Of a stretch of 19,986 nt of DNA, positions 13,853 to 19,986 are shown in pieces (position 1 is the stretch's first letter; each line of letters starts with the position of its first letter). The DNA is taken from the NCBI GenBank assembly GCA_039190745.1, contig JBCCXZ010000060.1:1-19986 (forward strand). Direction: 5' to 3'. The notes under the pieces were generated by a model. It worked only from the letters and a program-made list of their open reading frames with translations, did no database searches and was not told the origin of the DNA. The stretch comes from Planctomycetota bacterium (lineage in GTDB: Bacteria; Planctomycetota; Planctomycetia; Pirellulales; Lacipirellulaceae). Made by a program: the position numbers and the translations under genes.

Positions 13853-15019
13853 TTACCTACGGACGACTGGCAGCACAAACTGGGCGTCGGGCAGCACCAC
13901 GACCGACACGTGCTGGCCGACAAGCCGCTCGACTTCGTACTCGTCTGCCAGCGGCGAGAAGCCGAGGGCCTCGGCCAATTGGGGCTGCAGTGCGCTTTCG
14001 AGGAACACCGGCCGGCGGTCGAGTACCTGGGCGAGCGTGAGGACCGCGGCGCTGTCGGGCATGCGGTCTTTGCGGAGCTGCCGCTCGATGCGTTCCGGGC
14101 TATCGTCTTCGACCAGCCGGGAGAGGGCGGCGCCGAGGGGCAAGTCGATCTGAGATCGGGCGATCACCGGTGCGCCGGGCTTGGCGAACCGCTCGGCGGC
14201 GGTGAGCGCGGCGGCGAGCGCCTGCCAGGTTTGCAGCGGGCCCGGCCCCGACAACTCGGCGACCACCAGGTCGGCGGGCTTCTCGACATCGACCGACCAC
14301 GCCTTCCGCGTGCGGTGGCGGATCTCTTTGCGGAGCGCATCGGGCGATCCGGCAACAATATCACCCACGCCTCCTCCTTGACCTGGCAGCAGAGCGACTG
14401 CTAATCCGAGGCCGAGGCGCCATACGGCGTCGTGAATATGATCGGATGCCTTCTCGACGTCCTCGAGTTCGAGCTGGCGGAGCGTCTGGCTGTCGGCCAA
14501 TCCCGGGTAAAGCCCGGCGAGGAAGTCGGAGCGCGGGTTGCCGCCAGCGCCGGCGGTCGTCCCGAGCGAGAGCACCACATCGGCTTCGAAAAGCACGCGG
14601 TTGAGGCGGATGGGTTCGCCTTCAGCGGTAACGCTGAGCATGGCGGTAGACTCTTCGTCGGTTGGCTCGTGCGTGACGAATTCGACCGTTTCGGTGAGCT
14701 GCTCGTCGGCGGAGCGGAGGAAGAGCGTGGCCCGCTCCATGGCCGCGGCCCGGCCAACCAGGGCGATGCTGTCCGGCGAGACGCCGGCGTCGAAACAGGC
14801 CAGCATAGCGCCCAGCGTGGCGGGGCCGGCTTGCGGGAGGTTCTCTGCGATCGCCACCGCGAGGCGGTCGCCGGGCGCGGTCGCCGACAGCAGCGACGGG
14901 TACCCCAGCGGGCTGGCGAGTGAGGCGCGTACCCTCTCGGTGACTTCCGCCTCGGAGAGCGGATTCGGAGCGGCGGGGCCGACGCGGGCGGCGTTAGGCC
15001 AGTCGCAGGCGGTGTTCAT
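13853..15019 (-). CDS. Lactate racemase (LarA/DUF2088)-fold protein, apparently degenerate active site
   Basis: V..SL.SPLG.P.L.....PGD.LAVAI, HEP.D.....L..T..G.PI.LNR...EADVV, LYPGLA, AD.VV, QTWQ, KPG..VI. Canonical catalytic motifs not seen. Confidence 0.72.
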   Translation of the reverse strand: MNTACDWPNAARVGPAAPNPLSEAEVTERVRASLASPLGYPSLLSATAPGDRLAVAIAENLPQAGPATLGAMLACFDAGVSPDSIALVGRAAAMERATLFLRSADEQLTETVEFVTHEPTDEESTAMLSVTAEGEPIRLNRVLFEADVVLSLGTTAGAGGNPRSDFLAGLYPGLADSQTLRQLELEDVEKASDHIHDAVWRLGLGLAVALLPGQGGGVGDIVAGSPDALRKEIRHRTRKAWSVDVEKPADLVVAELSGPGPLQTWQALAAALTAAERFAKPGAPVIARSQIDLPLGAALSRLVEDDSPERIERQLRKDRMPDSAAVLTLAQVLDRRPVFLESALQPQLAEALGFSPLADEYEVERLVGQHVSVVVLPDAQFVLPVVRR

Positions 15020-15145
15020 AGTTCGTCTCGGCGGCTGCGGCGGGTAGGCCGGCGGGCGGCGTTTTGATATCGTTCACCCGGAAGGGCGGGTCGCCCTTTC
15101 GCGGCGTTTCTTCACTGGTGATACACCATCTTCGGCGGCTCGTAC

Positions 15146-16579
15146 ATGTACCCGGCACACAGCTTGAAGCGATTGCCCGCAGCCCCGGTGGCTGCGCTAT
15201 TCTGCCTGCTAGCTAGCGGCCTGTGCGGCTGCGGCGGGGCGCCGTCGGGGCCGTCTGCGGGCGCCGGATCGGCCGCGTCTTCCACAGCAGAGACGGGTGG
15301 CGATGCCGCGGCGGTGCTCGCCCGGATGAAGAAGGCTTACGCCGCGGCGGAGTCGTACGGCGACGCCGCCCGCTTCATCCAAGAGACGGTCGTCAAGGGC
15401 GACGGGGTGCGGCGGCCGATGCCGGTGTTCAACATTAGCGTTCGGTTCCAGGCCCCCAACAAGCTGCGGTTCTCGCTGATCCAGCCGGCCCCCGGCCGCG
15501 GGTTCAGCGCGGCCTACGACGTAGCGTGCGACGGCGAGCACATCCTATCCCGCACCGCTTCGGTGCCGGGGCAGGTGCACGTGGCCGACGCTCCGGCGGA
15601 ACTGACCGAGGCGAACTTCCTGCCCGCTAAGCGGATCCGCGAGGCGCTGCTCGACGAGCCGCTCTCGCAGATCCATGCCCCGCTGGCGATGCTGCTCGGG
15701 GCGACCGGCGAGCTGTACGCCGAGGAGTCGACGGCCCGGTTGGACGGGGAGTCGACCGTGGGCGGGTTCGCGTGCGACGTGGTCGTGATGACCGGAGCCG
15801 ACGGTGAGCGGAAGCTGTGGGTTGACCAAGACTCGGGCCTCCTGCGGCGGATGGAGGTGCCGGTCGACGGGCAGCGGAAACGGCTCCAGTCGGACGGGGT
15901 GATTGAAGACCTGCGTATTTATATCGAGTTCGATGAGGCGTCGCTGGAGGGGCCGATCGACGAGGGCGAGTTCGCCATGCGGGTCGCCGAGGAGAGCGTC
16001 GGCGTGAGCCGCTTTGTGGCCGCGCCGGCCGAGCCGCCGGCGGAGGGCTTGGGGGCGGCGGTCGCGCCGTTCTCGTTCCAAACGCTCGAGGGTGAGGAAG
16101 TCACGCCAGCCAGCCTGGCTGGCAAAGTCGTCCTGATGGACTTCTGGTTCACCGGCTGCCCGCCCTGCCGGACGCAAGCGCCCGTGCTGCAGGAGGTCTA
16201 CGAGGCGTTTGCCGACGACGACCGAGTTCGGCTGATGGCTGTGAGCACCGACTCGGAGCGGATCACTAACGAGAAGGTCGAGGTGACGCTGCGGGACTGG
16301 GGCAACGGCATGCCGATCGTCCGCGACCTGGGACAGGAGGCTTACACGAAGCTGGGCGTGCAAGGCACGCCGGCGATGATCTTGCTGGGCCCCGACGGTC
16401 GTGTGCAGGTTTCGGACCTGGGGGTCCACCCCGAGGCGGCGCCGGTGATCGAGAAAGTCCGCAAACTGACGAGCGGCGTCGACCTCGCCGGGGAAGCGGC
16501 CGCGGAGTATTTGAATCAGAAGGCGGCTTACGACCGCGAGCTCTCTGAGGCGCGGGTCCCGTTGCCCTCGAAGGGTTGA
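15146..16579 (+). CDS. Redoxin (TlpA-like thioredoxin) lipoprotein with N-terminal LolA/DUF2092-like domain
   Basis: Lipobox-like LCGC; F.APNKLR, LWVD..SGLLRR.E (LolA-like fold); C-terminal F....L.G..V....L.GKVVL.DFW.T.CPPC and cis-Pro GVQGTP. Confidence 0.85.
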   Translation: MYPAHSLKRLPAAPVAALFCLLASGLCGCGGAPSGPSAGAGSAASSTAETGGDAAAVLARMKKAYAAAESYGDAARFIQETVVKGDGVRRPMPVFNISVRFQAPNKLRFSLIQPAPGRGFSAAYDVACDGEHILSRTASVPGQVHVADAPAELTEANFLPAKRIREALLDEPLSQIHAPLAMLLGATGELYAEESTARLDGESTVGGFACDVVVMTGADGERKLWVDQDSGLLRRMEVPVDGQRKRLQSDGVIEDLRIYIEFDEASLEGPIDEGEFAMRVAEESVGVSRFVAAPAEPPAEGLGAAVAPFSFQTLEGEEVTPASLAGKVVLMDFWFTGCPPCRTQAPVLQEVYEAFADDDRVRLMAVSTDSERITNEKVEVTLRDWGNGMPIVRDLGQEAYTKLGVQGTPAMILLGPDGRVQVSDLGVHPEAAPVIEKVRKLTSGVDLAGEAAAEYLNQKAAYDRELSEARVPLPSKG

Positions 16580-16650
16580 GACTGGCTCCCAGCACAACCG
16601 ACGCACAATACCACAAGCAAAGCGAAGAAGCACACAAAGGAACTGAAGAT

Positions 16651-18033
16651 ATGTCGGTTGATGCGCAAGCGATGCAAACCTGGTGCGAGAACCTGCTCGC
16701 GGGACGCGAGGCGGAGCCCGAGCTGGGGCTGATGGATTACGTGGCGGCCGTGCCGCGGCTCGAATCGCTGGCCGACGTTCCCTCGGGCACGCCGGTGTTG
16801 GTCCGCGGCGACGTCGACGCCAAGCCAGGCGCCAACATCGGCGAGGGCGACATCCGACTCCGATCGATGGTCGACACGCTGCGATATGGCATCGAGCGCG
16901 GCTGGAAGCTCGTCGTGTTTGGTCACATCGGCCGCAAGCCGGAGGGCTCGCTGGAGAAGGTCGCGGCCAGACTGGGCGAGTTGCTTGAGCAGGACGTGAA
17001 GCTAATCGACGACTGGTACGACGAATCTACCGACACCGTGACCGCCGCGGCCGCCGCGGCGATCGAAGCCGCGTCCCCGGGTTCGGTGACGGTGCTCGAG
17101 AACACGCGGAAGTACGGCATCGAGCGCGTGTTGTGGAAGGCCAAGCCGGCGGACCTCGCCGAGCTGGCGCCGCGGCTGGCGTCGTACGCCAACTCACTTG
17201 CCGAGAAGGTGGCCAATGTTTACGTGAACGAGGCGCTCTCGGCGGGCAGCCTCGACGCCTCGAGCACGGTCGCCCCCAGCTCCATGAGCCGTGTTGCCTT
17301 GGGCAAATACGTGGCGTCGGAGTTTGACGGCCCGATGAAGCGGTGCCTCGACACACAGTTGGTCGTGTTCAGCGGCCTGAAGATCGACAAATTGGACGAC
17401 CTCGAAGCGATGGTCGGCCGGGGGAAGATCAAGCGCGTCTTCGCGGCCGGGTCGTTGGCGATGGCGCTCAAGAAGGCGATCGGCGAGCTGGACGGCCAGC
17501 CGGTTTGCCTTGGCCTAGCAGAGGACCCGGGGCACAGCGACAAGCCGTACTTTATCCCTGCCAATCGTGTCAAGCAGGCGAAGAAGATGGTGCAGGAGGG
17601 TCGCGAAAAGGGCATCGAGTTCGTCGTGCCGACCGATTCGGTGATCGAAGACGGCTCGGTCGTCGACGCGCTCGCGCCCGATCAGCAGCAGTTCGACATC
17701 GGCCCGAAGTCGAGCGAGTTATTCGAGCAGCGGGTGGGGGCGTTCCTCGAATCGGCCCCGGCAGGAGCGGTCGCGTTCCACAACGGGGTGTTCGGGATGT
17801 TCGAAGACCCTCGCTTCGAGTCAGGCACGAAGCGGTTTGTTGCACAGCTGAAGCGGCTGACCGACGGCGGCGTCGAGGTGTTCGTCGGCGGCGGCGAGGG
17901 CGGCAAGGCGCTCGACAAGTACGGCGAGCCGAGTTGGGTGAAGCACGTCTTCACGGCGGGCGGCACGGTGCTGAATGCCCTGGGCAGCGAACCGGTGCCC
18001 TACTTGGCGGCGCTCCGCGCGGCGGCGAGCTAG
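16651..18033 (+). CDS. pgk: Phosphoglycerate kinase family protein, divergent
   Basis: VLVRGDVD, DIRL, GHIGRKP, LENTR, VYVNEA, DIGPKS, NG.FG.FE...F..GT, VGGGEG, HVFTAGG. ATG 16651 preferred (AAAGGAA upstream) over TTG 16576. Confidence 0.85.
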   Translation: MSVDAQAMQTWCENLLAGREAEPELGLMDYVAAVPRLESLADVPSGTPVLVRGDVDAKPGANIGEGDIRLRSMVDTLRYGIERGWKLVVFGHIGRKPEGSLEKVAARLGELLEQDVKLIDDWYDESTDTVTAAAAAAIEAASPGSVTVLENTRKYGIERVLWKAKPADLAELAPRLASYANSLAEKVANVYVNEALSAGSLDASSTVAPSSMSRVALGKYVASEFDGPMKRCLDTQLVVFSGLKIDKLDDLEAMVGRGKIKRVFAAGSLAMALKKAIGELDGQPVCLGLAEDPGHSDKPYFIPANRVKQAKKMVQEGREKGIEFVVPTDSVIEDGSVVDALAPDQQQFDIGPKSSELFEQRVGAFLESAPAGAVAFHNGVFGMFEDPRFESGTKRFVAQLKRLTDGGVEVFVGGGEGGKALDKYGEPSWVKHVFTAGGTVLNALGSEPVPYLAALRAAAS

Positions 18034-18111
18034 CCGCCCGCCAACGAGCGGCCCGGTTTGGGCTGCTTGCCCCGCGTTGCTTACCAGCCCGCGTCGGTTA
18101 CTGGGAGTTGC

Positions 18112-18441
18112 TTACTGGGCAACGCCGGAACGCACGCGGCCGCACAGGCCCGCGAGGTCTGCCAGCGCCTGCAGGATCTCGTCCTCTGGCGCATCGGATT
18201 TGCACTTCGACTCTAAGACTTGGCCAACCGAGGAGATCGAGGCGAAGCCGTAGCTCCCGCCGGCGCCCTTCAGTTGGTGGGCTCCCCGGCAGACGGCCTG
18301 CCAGTCCTGCAGGCTTGCCTGCTCTTCGAGGTCGGAGACGCGTCCGGGCAACTCGTCGACGAACATCTCGACCAGCTCGCCGAGGTCCGGGTCGTCGCCG
18401 AAGTCGGAGTAAACAAGTTGCGCTTCGGTGCTCGGAGTCAT
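18112..18441 (-). CDS. Stand-alone Hpt (histidine phosphotransfer) domain protein
   Basis: DPDL.ELV.MFV.ELP.R, AHQLKGAGGSYG motif; ATG 18441 with RBS AAGGAG. Confidence 0.92.
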   Translation of the reverse strand: MTPSTEAQLVYSDFGDDPDLGELVEMFVDELPGRVSDLEEQASLQDWQAVCRGAHQLKGAGGSYGFASISSVGQVLESKCKSDAPEDEILQALADLAGLCGRVRSGVAQ

Positions 18442-18802
18442 CGCGGTTCTCCTTAGAGTTGTCTTTGCGGCCGGTGAGCTGTAACGCGTTTCCTGCGGTC
18501 GCGCGTCGGTGCTGCTCGTGTTGAAGCATAGGTCGCTACACCTCGGTGCGCCTTTGCGAACTCGCGACGGCCGATAGTGCGGCGGGCCACTATCTGCACC
18601 TCCGGGATGCAGTTTCACACTGAAAAAATCGGTTCATTTGGCGATCGGCTCTTTGACTCTGGTCGATTCCCGACCGAGGGTTTGGGGCCGACGCCGATGG
18701 CGGTGTTCGGGCCGATCGATTTTTGGGAGCAGGACGGACTCTTGGCCGTCGGCTCGTTCCGCCGGAGCCCCAGTGCCCGAGACCGTTCCGAAGGAGACCG
18801 TT

Positions 18803-19252
18803 ATGCAGAGCAACGACCGCCGGATTCTTCACGTCGACGACGACCCCGCGATCACCAAACTCATCGCAAAACGTCTGGAGTCGTTCGGCTACGAGGTGAC
18901 CTCCGTGAACGACCCGACCGAGGCGATGAGCGAACTGGTCCGGGGCCAGTACCGGCTAGTGATTCTAGACATTGATATGGAAGACAAGAACGGCCTGGAA
19001 CTGCTCGAAGACATCAAGGCACACGACGGCGGCATCCAGGTGATCATGCTCACGGGCTTGGTGAGCGTGACCACGGTGCTCGAAACGCTCCGCCGTGGAG
19101 CCGAGGCGTGCTTCTTCAAGCCGCTGGACGACATCGAGCCGTTTGTCGCAGCGGTCGGCGATACTTTCACGAAGATCGACCGGTGGTGGGGTTCGCTGAA
19201 CGACTTGGTGCGTCGTCGGAAGTCTGGGGCTGAGCTGACTGCGGCTTCTTAA
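18803..19252 (+). CDS. Single-domain response regulator receiver
   Basis: ILHVDDD, LVILDIDM...NG.ELL, VIMLTG, GA...F.KP; ATG 18803 with RBS AAGGAG; no output domain. Confidence 0.93.
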   Translation: MQSNDRRILHVDDDPAITKLIAKRLESFGYEVTSVNDPTEAMSELVRGQYRLVILDIDMEDKNGLELLEDIKAHDGGIQVIMLTGLVSVTTVLETLRRGAEACFFKPLDDIEPFVAAVGDTFTKIDRWWGSLNDLVRRRKSGAELTAAS

Positions 19253-19273
19253 CCGCCGGAATGGCCATACGGG

Positions 19274-19293
19274 GCCCCCCGGCTTAGGGGGGC
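19274..19293 (+). terminator. GC hairpin downstream of the receiver gene
   Basis: GCCCCCC-GGCTTA-GGGGGGC 22 nt after the stop; no immediate U tract. Confidence 0.4.
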
Positions 19294-19589
19294 AACCGAT
19301 CCTCTTTTCCACGTCTCGGGATCTCTCTAGGCGGGGCCGCGTCTCGACGACCGGCCTAACCGGCGTATCCGGACCACGGGTGACTCTTCCTGTCCGGTAG
19401 TCTGCGATATGCGGTGAAGCGGTGCGGAGTGGGTCGTCGATAGCGATGGTGAACGAGCTAGAGAGTCGGCCGCGACCCTCCGGCAGCGACGTTCCGAAAT
19501 CGCTCGGGCGCCTCCCCACCAGGCGCGGGCGAGGCGTCGCCAGGACCGGAAGCGGCAATTGTGTTTCCCCTCTATTTAGGAGCCTCCCG

Positions 19590-19986
19590 ATGAACCGTCA
19601 CCTGTTTCTCCCGACGCTGGGCCTCGGCCTTGTGATCGTGCTGAGCGGCGCCTCGAACGCGAACGCGTTCTTTGGCATGTTCGGCTGCGGTTGCGAGCCC
19701 AGCTGCGGCTGCGCGGACGACTGCTGTGAGCCGTCCTGTGGCTGTGCCGATGATTGTTGCGAGCCGTCCTGCGGCTGCGCGATGGACTGCTGCGACTGCT
19801 GCTGCCCCAAGAAGAAGTGCGGCCTGTTCGCGCGTCTGAAGGCCAAGCGGGCCGCCAAGAAGTGCTGCTGCGAGCCCAGCTGCGGTTGCGCTGACGACTG
19901 CTGCGAGCCCTCTTGCGGTTGCGCCGACGCGTGCTGCGAGCCCTCGTGCGGTTGTGCTGACGACTGCTGCGAGCCTTGCTGCGAGC
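19590..19986 (+). CDS. Secreted cysteine-rich tandem-repeat protein ([11 protein letters not shown] repeats), 3' end beyond the window
   Basis: RBS AGGAG at 19578-19582, ATG 19590, signal peptide [26 protein letters not shown], open frame to the window end; 33-nt repeats vary mainly at third codon positions. Not listed in the ORF track because it has no stop in the window. Confidence 0.9.
   Translation, partial: MNRHLFLPTLGLGLVIVLSGASNANAFFGMFGCGCEPSCGCADDCCEPSCGCADDCCEPSCGCAMDCCDCCCPKKKCGLFARLKAKRAAKKCCCEPSCGCADDCCEPSCGCADACCEPSCGCADDCCEPCCE

Noticed and set aside
525..18524. Long Arg/Pro/Gly-rich alternative-frame ORFs (e.g. 525-1778, 7302-8294, 8590-10065, 13062-14153, 15545-16633, 17343-18524)
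   Set aside because: Shadow frames of well-supported genes, expected from stop-codon scarcity in high-GC DNA.
19690..19986. 33-bp tandem repeats as CRISPR or non-coding satellite; minus-strand ORF 19598-19858
   Set aside because: There are no spacers, and variation falls at third codon positions of the + frame Cys-rich ORF, which has an RBS and signal peptide.

Overview
High-GC chromosomal window, most consistent with a Planctomycetota (Pirellulales-like) genome. That assignment is inferred from the gene mix, the PEP-CTERM protein, the Cys-rich repeat protein and the REP-like palindromes. In order it holds: tRNA-Pro(UGG) with terminator; an ORF-less ~450 bp stretch with an array of degenerate GAC(A/G)(G/A)AA-N7-10-TT(T/C)(T/C)GTC palindromes read from a minus-strand promoter-like/boxA-like leader; a SYLF/Ysc84 protein; a compositionally atypical K+ channel between REP-like elements; a PEP-CTERM protein; DUF485 plus an ActP-like symporter with a large insertion; a GT2/SAM-methyltransferase/GT-C cassette; a NUDIX hydrolase; an M50 protease homolog lacking HExxH; a 289 bp inverted-repeat element; a hypothetical protein; YgfZ-like and degenerate LarA-like genes; a TlpA-type redoxin lipoprotein; a divergent phosphoglycerate kinase; a divergently transcribed Hpt/receiver pair; and the 5' part of a secreted ~33% Cys tandem-repeat protein absent from the ORF track. 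No integrase, transposase, cas gene or true CRISPR array is visible. The best novelty candidates are the boxA-led palindrome array next to the tRNA, the Cys-rich repeat protein, three apparently repurposed enzymes, and the density of distinct REP-like families.
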